Assembly: GCF_036971445.1 (NCBI RefSeq)
Contig: NC_091472.1
Span: 229,772,001-229,836,000, forward strand
Length of the DNA stretch: 64,000 nt
Direction of reading: 5' to 3'
Source of the DNA: Narcine bancroftii
Lineage: Eukaryota
The position numbers and the translations under genes are program-made. This document shows, one piece after another, positions 1 through 12,091 of this stretch; position 1 is the first letter of the stretch; every line of letters starts with the position of its first letter. The notes below the pieces were generated by a model, which saw only the letters and a program-made list of their open reading frames with translations, was not told the DNA's origin and made no database searches.

Positions 1-526
1 CAGGATGAAGAGCCGGTGGATGCCGCTCATCGTTGGGATAACTCTCTTAAAGTATCTCCTTATCCGTGCTTTATTAGAATATAATTAAGTATACAGTATT
101 AGTAAGGCTTTATCTGAAAACTTGGGGGAGTGGGGGTTAATTATGATGGCAACACAGTTACAGCATGGCTGTTAAAGCACCAGGGACTAGGGTTCGAATT
201 TCATTTTTAATTAAAATTACGGGAATTACCTGATCAAAGTGACTACAATACTGATTTTTTTAAAAATTCATTTACATTTTGCACTGTCTTTTAAACTGTT
301 CTTCTTAATGGTGGTGTATTAGTTAGGCATTGTAAAAGTGAGTCTCAAGCAATCGGAAAACTCACTTTTCCAGAATCTACTAATCCCCATAGGTGCCAGA
401 TACCAGGGGTTTTACTATATTAGTCTCCCTCTCAATGGGGGTTCAGCCAACACAATTTGTGTGATATCACATTAGAAATTTGGAATATTTAATCATGAAG
501 CAACCTCTCCTTCAGGACACACTTAC

Positions 527-810
527 ATTCGTTACTCTTCTCCCAGTTATGGCACACAGGTTGGTGATCTCGGTGATTTCGTTCAGCTTTACAACTGAGG
601 CTCTCAGAGCGTCCTTGGTGCTGGGCACTCCTGCAGAGAGAGAGAGGGGGTGACAGTTGTACCAGACATTCCAACCAAGAATTATTTCTGCACAACATGG
701 AATGGAGTTAATTCCAATCACCCCTTGCTCTGAAAGATTCCCATTCTCCTGGACCTACCTGAACAGTGGAGAATCTGCACTGCAGCGATAGCGAGCAGGA
801 AGAACTGCAT
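527..810 (-). CDS. spp2: SPP2-like secreted cystatin-domain protein, copy A (5' part only, exons 1-2; the rest lies left of the window)
   Basis: Exon 1 810-759 encodes MQFFLLAIAAVQILHCS+G (52 nt, donor GTAGGT, phase 1). Exon 2 630-527 encodes (G)VPSTKDALRASVVKLNEITEITNLCAITGRRVTN (104 nt, acceptor ctgcag, donor GTAAGT). DALRASVVKLN resembles SPP24 DALSASVVKVN. Exon sizes match the other four copies. Confidence 0.8.
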
Positions 811-906
811 TCTGCCACTTGTGGGATCAGTCGCTGGTTGCTCAGAGTAAAGGAGCTGCTTCTCTCTTTCTTTCTCTCGATCTGTCCTCTCCTCATTCAC
901 CTCGGT

Positions 907-931
907 CTTTATATCTTGCACCTCCACCACA
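907..931 (-). promoter_or_regulatory. Core promoter of copy A: TATA box plus RUNX-like site
   Basis: TATAAAG (minus strand) at 907-913, ~100 bp upstream of the ATG. ACCACA at 926-931. The same arrangement occurs in all five copies. Confidence 0.6.
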
Positions 932-1734
932 TCCAAACATTGACACGTTTGCTCAGCTTGAAAGTCGTGGGCTCCGGAACAAGGTGGGCACTAACATGGG
1001 CAGAGCTTCCTCCAAGTAGGGTCATCGTGTTTGGATTTGGTGGGAAGCTGGTGAGATAGTGCTTTATTATTCCGTAGGATACTAAATCAAACACTGGTGG
1101 AAGAAAGGAAATGGTTATTGAGAGGAGCACAAAATCACTCTGTCCATGCAATGAGCTCCTGGAATTATTCAGCCATGCACTGATGATGTCAATTTGGATA
1201 ACTTACCACACCAAGGTGTGGTTTGGAGTTTGTGAATTAGACTGTCCCTTCCCATTGAATTGAAAAAAAATGTTTCCTGCAAAGATCAAACACATGAGTG
1301 GGAAACAGATTCTCTTTTCTGGAGCCATCTGCTGCCAGGCTTAACATGATGAAGGGCTCAGGTCCGAAGCATTGCTTTCCCTTCACTTCTTCTGGATGCT
1401 GTGTATCCCGCTGAGTTTCTCCAGCACGTTTGTGCACTGCACTTGACCCCAGCATCCACAGACCTTCTTGCTTAACTTGACTCCAAGAAGATCTCAATTG
1501 CCATTAATATGATTGGACAGCCAATCAGTCACACTCTTTTGAAGACAGAATATCATTTGAACATTTTTATATTATGCAATGTGGCATTAATATACAATGT
1601 AAATAAAAGGTAAATGTAGCGGTTAGTACAACACTCTCGCACCCCCACAAACACAGGTTTAAATCCGGAGCTGTCTGTAAGCACTTTGTACATTTTCCCC
1701 AAGTCTGCATGGATTTCCTCTAGGCAGTCCGGTT

Positions 1735-3520
1735 TCAGGTTCAGATTCCAGATTTATAGTCGGAGCATATATATGACATCACATACAACCCTGAGATTCT
1801 TTTCCCGCCAGGTAAGGCAGAATTACCGCTTAATGGTAGTGCAAAAAAAAGTACTCAATGTACACATGTAAACAAATAAGAAAATGTAAACAAATTGACT
1901 GTGCAGTACAGAGAGAAAAAAATCAACAAAGTGGAAAAGTAAGAGTCCTTAAATGAGTCCCTGATTGAGTTTGAGTCTAGGGTGGAGGAGCAGCAGCTGT
2001 TCCTGAACCTGGTGGTGGACACAGCCCAGGACATGACGGGAAAAACCCTCCCTACCATCAAGAACAACTGTAGGGCATCACTATCTCAAAGGATCTTTCC
2101 TGGATGCAACGCACTAATGGCATCATGAAGAAATCACGCCAGCATCTCTGCTTCCTCAGGTATTTGTGGAGGTTTAGTATGACACCAAAAACCCTGGAAA
2201 ATTTCCTGAACCTGGTGGTGTGATCATTGTGGCACCTCTACTCCTTTCCTAATGGTAGCAGTGAGAACAAAGCATGTGCTGGGTGGTGTGGATCCTTGGT
2301 GATTGCTGATGTTCTCAATATTGGGGAGGGTTTTGCCTCTCATGTCCTGGGCTGTGTCCACTAACTTTTGTAGGATTTATGCTCAGGGGCATTGGTGTCC
2401 CCATACCGGACTGTAATGCACCCAGTCAGCACACTTTACACCACACGTCTATAGAAATTTGCCAGGGTTTCCAGTATCATACCAAACCTCCGCAAACTCC
2501 TGAGGAAGTAGAGGTGTTGGCATTCATTCTTCACAATGCCATTAGTGTGTTGGGTCAAGGAAAGAGCTTTCGAAGATAGAGATGCCCAAGAACTTAAATT
2601 TACCCACCATCTCCACCTCTGATCCCCTAATGATCACTAGATCTCAACCTCTGGTTTTCCCTTCCTGAAGTCAATAATCAGCTCCTTCACTGAATGTAAG
2701 GTTGTTATTGGGGCATCATTCAGCCAAGTTTTGTATCTCCCTCCTGTATGCTGACATATCGCCCCTTTTTATACAACTGACTACTGTGGAATCAGCAGTA
2801 AATTTCTAGGTGGTTTTATTGTTCTGAGCCATGCAGTCAAACATGTACAGCAAATAGAGCAGGGGACTAAGGACACAGGCCCTGTGTTGCCCTGGTACTG
2901 ATGGCGATTGAGGAAATATTCTTAACATCTTTACTGGAGGTGAGGAAATTGCACAATATTGTGTTGTGTCCCAGGTTTTGGAGTTCGCTGATCAGTTTTG
3001 AGGGGATGATGGTGTTAAATGCCGAACTGTTGTTGATAAAGAGCATCTTGATATCCAGGTGTTCCAGGGCTTTGTGTAGAGCCGGTGAGATGGCATCTGC
3101 CATAGACCTGTTGCTATGACAGGCGAATTGGAACAGACCCATATTGCTGCTCAGACAGGAGCTGATGTGCTTCAACACCAGCCTTTCAAAACACTTCCTC
3201 ACTGTTGACGTGAGTGTCACTAGTCAATAGTCATTAAGACAGGTTACGACACTCTTTTTGAGCACTGGTATGATTGATGCCTGTTTGAAACAGGTGGGTA
3301 CTATGCCCTGCTGAGTGAGATATTGAAGGTATCTGTGAATACTTTGGTAAGTTGGTTAGCACAGATTTTTAATACTTGGTTGAAATACTCAGTCTGGACT
3401 GGATGCTTCACTCGGATTCACTCTCTCTGCATGTCATCCAGAGGATCATCAGGGAACATGGAAGTACGGTAGTGGTTCTTCCTTGTTCTTGTGGTTGAAT
3501 CAGGCAGAGAATTCCTCCCA
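1735..3520 (-). mobile_element. Decayed non-LTR retrotransposon (Rex1/Babar-L2-like RT)
   Basis: ORF 2867-3220 contains LTSTVRKCFERLV and LFINNSSAFNTIIPSKLI, RT motifs typical of this clade. Many stops. Confidence 0.7.
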
Positions 3521-3675
3521 TATTTCAAAGACATACAGGGTTAGTTGGTTAATTGTGATCTTTTGATGATCCTCTGTATTGACTGTATTGTCTGATGTTT
3601 TGCAGCTACCGTCCTACACAATGAAGCAGTCAGACAGGACCCTCTGATTTGTGCTCCTTTATAAGGTTGTCAAGT

Positions 3676-3941
3676 TGATGGTGCAGCAAGCAAACCCAAA
3701 ACACGAGGAGACTGTCTTAATTAGCTCAGACTCTTTGCAGGCTCCACGTGAGCCTGACTGTCCTTTGCTGGCTCCACGTGTCTGACTGATCCCAGGAGGG
3801 GCTGTTTCAAGTCTATATACAGGGTGATTGACAGCCGACCAGGTGGGGCCAGCCTCCCAGGTTGCCTACCTGCAGGTATAATGGTTGCTCCCTGCAGTAG
3901 GCTGGTAGGAGTGTGGCCAGTGTTGTGGTTGTATCACCACA
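3676..3941 (-). mobile_element. Solo LTR-like element (family shared with 55767-56053 and 61194-61491)
   Basis: Ends in gtggttgtatcaccaca, the reverse complement of the start of the 61194 element. Internal sequence is similar. Confidence 0.55.
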
Positions 3942-4855
3942 GAGTACTGGGGCCTTACCCTCCTCAAAAAGAGATCAATTGGTATGGAGCCAAGGCAACA
4001 TAATTTTAATCATCTAAGGTTCATTTATGTGTCTGATTACGCACCTTCAATCTGGTGGTGCGTGATCTTGCACTGATGAATCTTCTGCACAACAGGAGTA
4101 CGGTCAGGAGGTTGGCCAGTGAAGTGTGGGGGGTGGGGCGTGGGGTATGGTGAAATGAATGTGGACAGGGTGGGATGAATCTTTTAAAATGTTAGCAGCA
4201 TCTCAAAGGCAGTGTGAGGTATAGATGGAATGTCCGGATGATTTAGAATAAGGCTGAAAGGCCACCCCCTTTTCCAGGAGCATAATTCTAGCTGCATCAT
4301 TGTGTAAGATTGGTAGCTGCAAAGCATTGGACCAGAAGTCAATACAGACAATCAAAATGGCGAAGAAGATCACTGCAATCTCCCCTCCTTGACAACATTT
4401 ACTGGAAGTATTGCTTTAAATGGGATCAAAGATTCATTTAGGACCCTGTCCATCCAATGCACAGTTTCTTTGACCCACTACCATCAGGAAGGAGGTACAG
4501 GAGGATCAAAATCAGGACTGCCAGGCTGGGAAATAGCTTCTTCCCATCGGCTGTGAGATTGATGAGCATTTTCCTGTAACCAAGTAAATCATCCCAAAAT
4601 ATTTATCTACATTTATTTTACAATTTTTTTGTATATATGTTGACAATCAATGGTGGATCACAAAGGAAAGCTCTGAGATCTCTGCACCTCGTTATCAATG
4701 TATGAACATCATTAAGTAGCCATAGGTTACATGGAAGGTTAACACAAGTAATTACACTCTCTCTGTTATTCAAAAACATTTAGGACATTTTCTCCAAGGC
4801 ATGTAAAGGAAAACACTTGAAGCCATCATTAAGGAAAACAAACTGTCCCACTTCT

Positions 4856-5393
4856 TTTTTTTAAACTTTATTTAAGATTTTATAACATGAATAACATATA
4901 GGATTACATTAAAAAAAATTAAGAATAAAATAATAAAATTACAATACAGAATCAGTAATCTAAATAAACTATACCCTCCCCAATAATTATTACACATTAA
5001 TAACCCAACTCAAATTAGTCCAACCCCCCCTTTACCCCCCAAAATAAAGAGTGAAGAATTAATAAAGTTAATAACATATGTGAGAAAAAAACCCACTTAC
5101 AAAAAAAAACAAAAACATAAACGATTAAAATACTAACAAAAAGAGAGTAATTAATACTAAGATATCAGACTTAAAAAACATATTTAAATCAAACTTAAAT
5201 GCATATATTTAACAAACAGAGTTAAGATGAAACATATATTTAACTCAAACTTAATATAAAAAATTAGTAAAGTTAGTAACATTGTCTATCAAAAATTCTT
5301 AAACAATAATCAATTCTTTAAAAAAAATTGTAGCATGAGAAAAAAAAGATGAAAAAAAAACTTTCTCTATAGAGATAAACCTTCACCAAATAT
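4856..5393 (-). mobile_element. 5'-truncated L1-type 3' end with target-site duplication, inserted in a CR1 RT fragment
   Basis: Poly-T tail at ~4856. Flanking direct repeat gtcccacttct at 4845-4855 and 5399-5409. The host continues as DVVSLDFQRAFDKVP (CR1 RT). Confidence 0.65.
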
Positions 5394-7869
5394 AAACAGT
5401 CCCACTTCTGAACAGAAATTATTCCACCAGGAAGATGCAGTATGCATTCAGGAAGGACATGCCATGTTTAACTTGTTTATTGGATTTCTTTGAATGGATG
5501 GAGGGGAACAGATAGATGTTGTGTCCTTGGATTTCCAGAGGGCATTCGATAAGGTGCCGAATAAAATAGTTCTGAATGGAGATGGGGGTTAACAATTACT
5601 TTGGGTAGAAGATTGGCTAATCCCCATTGGCCCCAAACTACAAGCAGTTAAATCTGCATTGGTGACTTCTGGATGGGAGGTAGGGCCTTGCAGTAGGACT
5701 GAAGGGCTGTGACACTGCTCTTCCTGGCCCAGAGCAACAACAAGGACAGAGTAGCCTTACAAGAACAAGTGCAACTGTTAGAACATCGCTACCAGTCATC
5801 ATTACAATCGAATTTACAACAGAAACGGCCCTGAAACAACAATGCCACTGTTACAGATGTTATATAGTCAGGAAAATGTGAACGATTTTGCTACCGTGTA
5901 AGAATGCACCCTTCTCACTGCAGTAACTGTAGTGCACCACTATGGCACGTATATGAGTGTGTGTGAACAGTTTCCTGAGATGGTGGAAGACATCAATAAG
6001 TAAAATCTCTTCTGTTATTTGAATCTTGCATCTCTACGTTATTTAAGAAGCCTCCCAAGTAATCCAAAGACATAACAACAGAAAATAGTAACTATGCAAC
6101 CATTGCAGCAGCATTCACAGGTACAACATAAATAGAACCCCCATTAGGGTCAGTCCCCAGGGGTGTGAAAGAAATATAACCCCCATTAGTGGTAATTCCC
6201 AGGTATGATGCAATATAACTGTAAAGAGTTTGTATGTTCTCCCTGTATCTGCTTGGGTTTTCCCCGTGTGCTCCAGTTTCCTCCCACCATTGAAGCACAC
6301 TGGGGATTGTAGGTCATTTAAGAGTAATTGGGCAGCATGGGGTTGTGGGCTGAAAAGGCCTGTTACTGTGCCGAATGTCTAAATTTAAATTTAATAGCCT
6401 ACATTAGCAATTGGAGATTTGAGTCCAAGGTTCTGTAGGCATTTTAGTTCTGCTCTCATGGCAGGGCTACGTTCTGTTTCACTTAAGTGACCTGGACAAC
6501 TCTTCCCCCTCAGCTCTGCATTCCCCTCGCTGTCAGCTGACCAGAGAAAGCATTGGGAGGAACCAGAGCAAACACCAGCGGCTTTCTCTGCTCCACGTCA
6601 CTGACAGGGGCCAGTCATCAGTGAACGTGGGAGCTGCGTCCACAGGTTTACTTTGGACCCAAGTCTTGTTGACAGCTGTGGAGAGGTTTGTGTTTGTGGC
6701 TTCCTGCTGGCCCAGTTTATGGGGCACTGTGTGGACTGAGGCCTGAGGTGGAGGGGAACAGCTAAGGCAAGAATGTGGAGGAGGTGGGAGAGGGTCATTA
6801 GTGGAATAAATAAGTGCTGAAGGAAAATATTTGTCCTATTTCCATCGGAAATTCCTGATGTCCCAAGGAAAGCTTGGAATGTTCAGGACGAGTGTTCTGA
6901 AAGCTGATGGGGATTGGTTCTTCTTCTCTGCAATGGTCATTCAAATCAAAATGCATTTTGAAAAGGAAGCTGTATTGAAACATGTAAACCTTATAATTGA
7001 TTTGCCTCAAGAATTGTTTTTCTTCATCTGCACAACCCCTTGCCCATTGTCCAGGTAGAAGTCCGATGAAGGGGCCAGGCCTGAAATGTGGGTTACCCTT
7101 TACTTCCCCTGGTGGTACCTGATCATTTGTGTATTGCAGCTTCAGCAACAAGTGACCACATTTTTTTTCTGGCGACAGGGGATTATGTAAACACATAAGC
7201 AAGCATACAGAATGCTTGAACTATAACTGCACAGTAAGAACAAGAATTGGAACCTTAATCCAAAGCTAGGCTGTTTGGTCTTTAATTTCCCACCATGACT
7301 GGCAGCAAACTCTCAGCGACTCAACTACAAAATCGTCTGAACTTAATTAATCCCATTTTTCAGTGGAATCAGATTGTTCAAGCCTCCAACATCTGCCTCA
7401 CTGCTTTGTGACAGCTTTTACTGGTTCAGTGTAACAGCGTCATCTGTGAAATTATTGATGCACATCGATAATGATGAGAAGAGCTGTAATTTATATGTTA
7501 GAAGCACAGTTGTACAGCAGAGAAACTAGCCCTATGAACCATCTCATCAACTGTGATGTTTATGCACACTAATTGCATGAGCCTGCACCTTTCTGATCCA
7601 AGAACCCATCCTTTGAACGTGGGTGACATCTCCCCAAAACCTTCCTCCACTCACCTGATACAGATTTCCTACAGTATTTGCCTTTGTTGTCCAGGACCAA
7701 GGAGCTGGTTGTCCACCCTCTCTATGCCCCTCATATTCATATATACCTCTAATCAATCATCCTTTATTGCTCTGAAGAGAAGAGCCCAAGCTCTGTCAAT
7801 TGAAAGACAGAGAAGGACTGCGCTGGCCTCCATCAGAGTTTCCTCTGACTTCATCCTGCCTGAGCATAG

Positions 7870-8230
7870 TTCACCATCTTTTGATAGGATATCACACATG
7901 TACGTGATGGACATGCCTTCCAAAATAGGCTTTGGGGGGTGGGGGAATTAACTATTGGATTTTAAACTGCTCCACATGGACATGGTTCAAATCAATCAAC
8001 AGATAGCTTCCCCATCAAGTCTGGAGTCAGGCAGTGTCACCTGCTCTCTCCAGTCTTATTTGTGTGATTCATACATTGTTGAATTCACTGGGGAGAGCGA
8101 GGGCATAAGAAGGGTGACATTGGCAGGCAGTGGAGGAACTCAAGCTAAACTCTCCATGTACATGGGGAACTACTGTTCAGACACACTCTCAGTCTGCAGT
8201 CTGATCTGCATCTGTGGCCAATCTGAGGTG
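7870..8230 (+). mobile_element. Tx1/L1-clade RT fragment
   Basis: FDRISHMYVMDMPSKIGFG and VQINQQIASPSSLESG resemble RT motifs; the fragment is degraded. Confidence 0.5.
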
Positions 8231-9253
8231 ACAGTAGGCTTCTTCAAGTGCATTCTCCGCTAAGAATGTGCCTGCAGAAGCGGAAGCGAACCTGTGAATT
8301 ACTGTTCAGGTGGCAGCACTATAAGCGCAGCGCTGGCTGTCTGAAAGGGACAGCTGCACGGGAGGCACCTCAGAGCACACTCCAGCTCTTGTCCCTTTGG
8401 GCTGACAGGGTTGGGGCAACGGGCGGTCAGAGCTGGAGCGGCCGGCGCGAGCTGTCCCCATACTGATCCCACTTATGAGAGACAGATTAATTTGTTGCTT
8501 TCCAATGCAGGCACCAAGCACCAAATGTTTGTTGGTAATCTGCCCATAGCCACGCCAAACCTTGAGTGCTCAGAGAGAATTCAGACCAGCAGAGAGTTTG
8601 AACTAGCAGAGGCATTGGGAGAAATATATAACCACACAGGTCTCGGTGGTGCAGAACAATTTACACATGAACCAGTTAGCAAAAGACATGAGGGTGGCAA
8701 ATAAAAACCCAGGGAGTTTGTCACAGGGAAATGCAAACACCAATTATAATGAATATCTAAAACAAAGAATAGTACAGCACAGGAACAGCCCATTTGTCCA
8801 CAATGTCTGCACCAACCATTATCCCCCAATTAAACTAGCCCCATGTCAGTCCCCACACTGATCCCACTGCTGGTGAACAAGAATGGAGAATGATGGATCC
8901 CCTTTACTCGGTTGTGGTCTGTGTTTGGGACTGTTCTACCATGAATGTTACTTGTCTCTTATCATCCACATGCAGAAAGATGCTCTTACCCTTCTGCCTT
9001 TGGGCCCATTTGCCAAGAAGCTAAGGATAGACAGCCACACAGTACCATCTCCTCACCACAGGCAACATATGGAAGGCTGTGCATTGATAATCATTGAAGA
9101 TGGGTGGTCTTTGGACATGGACATGAGGATAGCTCTGTAATGATGGCCTGGAGCCAGGACGATTGCTCTACACAGAACCAATGAACACTATGGCACAGAA
9201 ATAAGTCAATTGGCCATCTTGTTTTTGCTATTATTCTGTCTAGTCCCATTGAT

Positions 9254-9381
9254 NNNNNNNNNNNNNNNNNNNNNNNNNNNNNNNNNNNNNNNNNNNNNNN
9301 NNNNNNNNNNNNNNNNNNNNNNNNNNNNNNNNNNNNNNNNNNNNNNNNNNNNNNNNNNNNNNNNNNNNNNNNNNNNNNNNN
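9254..9381. other. N-run (gap or masked); others at 20652-20809, 32952-33107 and 51748-51895
   Basis: Direct reading. The runs at 20652 and 32952 sit at equivalent CA-rich positions of the triplication. Confidence 0.95.
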
Positions 9382-9419
9382 GCAAACATACGCATTCACA
9401 CCTGAACAGTCGATACTGG

Positions 9420-9640
9420 GCAGCACAGTTAGCGTAGCAGTTAGTGAAACTCTCACTGCTCCAGTGATCCAGTTTGAATCCACTACTGTCTGTAAGGAGT
9501 TTGTACATTCTCACTGTAATCTCTATGGGTTTTTTCTGGGTGTTCCATTATCCTCTCACCCTCCAATAACGTATGGGGTGGTAGGTTAATTGTGTATAAT
9601 CAAGTGGCATGGAATTAAAGGACTGGAATGGGTTTTAAAA
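9420..9640 (+). mobile_element. tRNA-derived SINE (other copies near 1615-1735, 6220-6390, 55270-55500, 58975-59210, 60480-60660 and in introns)
   Basis: gttagcgtagcagttag...gtttgaatcc...ctgtctgtaaggagtttgtacattctc core repeated many times in the window. Confidence 0.65.
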
Positions 9641-10310
9641 TTTAAAAATAAAAGATTACTCGATGGGAATCAGATTTGGGAACTGAAATTAATCCTTATT
9701 GCTGGTCTGACATTTGTTGGGACAGTATGAGGGATATAATTAATGTTTTCTATAGATTTGTTAATTATAAATTTATTCATCCATTATATTTAACGCCACA
9801 TAAATTAAATAAATTTAATCCAAATTTTCCAAATTTATGTTTTAGATGTGGCACAGAAATTGGTATGTTTATGCATTCTACCTGGTCATGTACCAAAGTG
9901 ACATCATTTTGAAAAGATGTGGGCAAGTTTTTGGAACAAATCATAAAAATATATTTACCATTAAGACCTGAGCTTTTTCTTTTGGGAAAAATATATGATT
10001 TGAACCCCAATTGAAGCTGTCAAAAAATCAATTATAATTTATTAAAGTCAGTGGCCAGGAGATGTATAGCAATTACATGGAAATCTGAATCCCTTGTTAA
10101 GTTGATTGTTGGAAGAGGGAGATGCAAAATTGTATTCCCTTAGAGAAGATGACATAACATTAAAAATGGATATGATACATACTTAAAAATATCTAATATT
10201 TTCTCTTCTACACCCCACCACCACTTTTCTTTAATTTTAATGGTTGAACTTTATCATGCTGGTTTAACTCTATTTTATTAATATCCTGTCTTTCTTTTTG
10301 GGGGGGTAGT
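9640..10310 (+). mobile_element. L1 ORF2 C-terminal fragment
   Basis: YKFIHPLYLTPHKLNKFNPNFPNLCFRCGTEIGMFMHSTWSC matches the L1 C-terminal Cys-rich domain. Confidence 0.7.
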
Positions 10311-10470
10311 TATCTTCACCCCTTTAAAGGAAGGATATGGAGGCTTTGGATAGAGGGCGGAACACGTTTATCAGTTTCTAACTTACACCACTTCATATGT
10401 GTTTTGCGTCACATAAAGTAGTGGAAGGGGTTTCAGTGTGAAAACAGGGTTTTGTATCCACAAGGTCACT

Positions 10471-10956
10471 TCCTTCACCATCCTGAAGAGAGACATTGGT
10501 GACTGCTGGACGGGGAGGACGAGACAAGGAACCTTTATTCCTTATGTCAGCTCCTTCACCATCCTGAAGAGAGACATTGGTGACTGCTGGACGGGGAGGA
10601 CGAGACAAGGAACCTTTATTCCTTATGTCAGCTCCTTCACCATCCTGAAGAGAGACATTGGTGACTGCTGGACGGGGAGGACGAGACAAGGAACCTTTAT
10701 TCCTTATGTCAGCTCCTTCACCATCCTGAAGAGAGACATTGGTGACTGCTGGACGGGGAGGACGAGACAAGGAACCTTTATTCCTTATGTCAGCTCCTTC
10801 ACCATCCTGAAGAGAGACATTGGTGACTGCTGGACGGGGAGGACGAGGCAAGGAACCTTTATTCCTTATGTCAGCTCCTTCACCATCCTGAAGAGAGACA
10901 TTGGTGACTGCTGGACGGGGAGGACGAGACAAGGAACCTTTATTCCTTATGTCAGC
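10471..10956. repeat. 81-bp minisatellite, 6 near-identical copies
   Basis: Units begin tccttcaccatcctgaagagagac... at 10471, 10552, 10633, 10714, 10795 and 10876. Confidence 0.95.
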
Positions 10957-11888
10957 TCCTTCGTCACTGCCAAAGTCAAAGCAGGCAGTTATCTCTCTCA
11001 GAACTCAGGCATGAGTGTGACCGATCCATTCAATGATGGACAATGCAGTTTCCTCATCCAGAGTTCACTTTGTGTCCTTGTAGGTACTGAGTTGACTGAT
11101 TTGGAAGAATGCTGGCCCTTCACATGTAGTGATAAATGAGAGCTCCTTTCTTGTGCAACCTCTTTCCACAGAAACAGTTTTGAAGATTGTTAGGGGCCTC
11201 TTACATGAGTGTACAGCCTTTGTCATTATGGAGGAGCCTTGGTCATTGGCAATTACATCAGGCTGTTGATTGAGAAATCTGGGACCAGACCTTAACTTTC
11301 CTGAGAGAATGTTGCACTGTTGACTGGGGTCATGTCCGCATTTTGATGCATTCACCTTAAACTCCTCTCACTGCTGAAAATTTATAAGGTAATGGGTCAT
11401 TAAAGCTGATGACCCCTCAGAAAAAGTATTTTTAGATGAAGATTTTGCTTCCACTAATAAGAGATGGAAAATTATTAAAACTTTGAATGTTTTTGAATTG
11501 GAGCAGCAAAATAACAAACTTGTTTGGTCATGTGGACTCAAGGATCAATATTCGGTGCTGCCGCAATACCTCACCAAGCTACGTTGTTCATGTATCATTA
11601 TCTTTGCCTCAACAGTAGTTACAGCTCTGTGACTTGCTAAGTTTCTTCAGCATTTTTGTGTAAATTATATTCACAGAATCTTCAGATGCACTGAGCTACT
11701 GCTGGTGTTTGGATCAGGAAATGCATGGCTCTAAGTTCAGTCTGGATCACTCATGACCTTCTCCCCATGCTGTCACCAAAGCGTCTACACCCACCCAGAG
11801 AACGAAAGGGTGTATCAGTCAAATCCGAATGCAATTGGCAGAGGGAGAAACACATATCGTAGAAGGTCAGTAAATATTCATTTATCAT

Positions 11889-11894
11889 TTTAAT
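11889..11894 (-). terminator. Probable polyadenylation signal (ATTAAA) of copy B; equivalents at 23256-23261, 34047-34052 and 57442-57447
   Basis: ATTAAA on the minus strand, ~200 nt after the stop codon, within a block conserved even in diverged copy E. Confidence 0.5.
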
Positions 11895-12091
11895 TTGATT
11901 CACAGTAAACAAGACAACATCACATGTCAATATATAGAATATTTACAATCTATAGATATTCTGAGTTACATAAAATATACAGTCAGGAGCTCCAGTCCCC
12001 TTCTCCGAGTGTTAAAAATTGACAGCATCTTCTTCCATCTGGTTTTCTTATTTTCACGCTGAGCTTGGAGGTTTAGATGTTTAATTTATGA

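Noticed and set aside
5849-6077. Possible solo LTR (TGTTA...TAACA)
   Set aside because: No convincing target-site duplication and no second copy in the window.
10471-10956. CRISPR-like regular repeat array
   Set aside because: There are no unique spacers, the units are head-to-tail identical, and the context is eukaryotic.
10393-11139. Long repetitive ORFs (179 and 233 aa) on both strands
   Set aside because: They are a by-product of the stop-free 81-bp minisatellite. There is no ATG or splice context, and the paralogous single unit is not conserved as protein.
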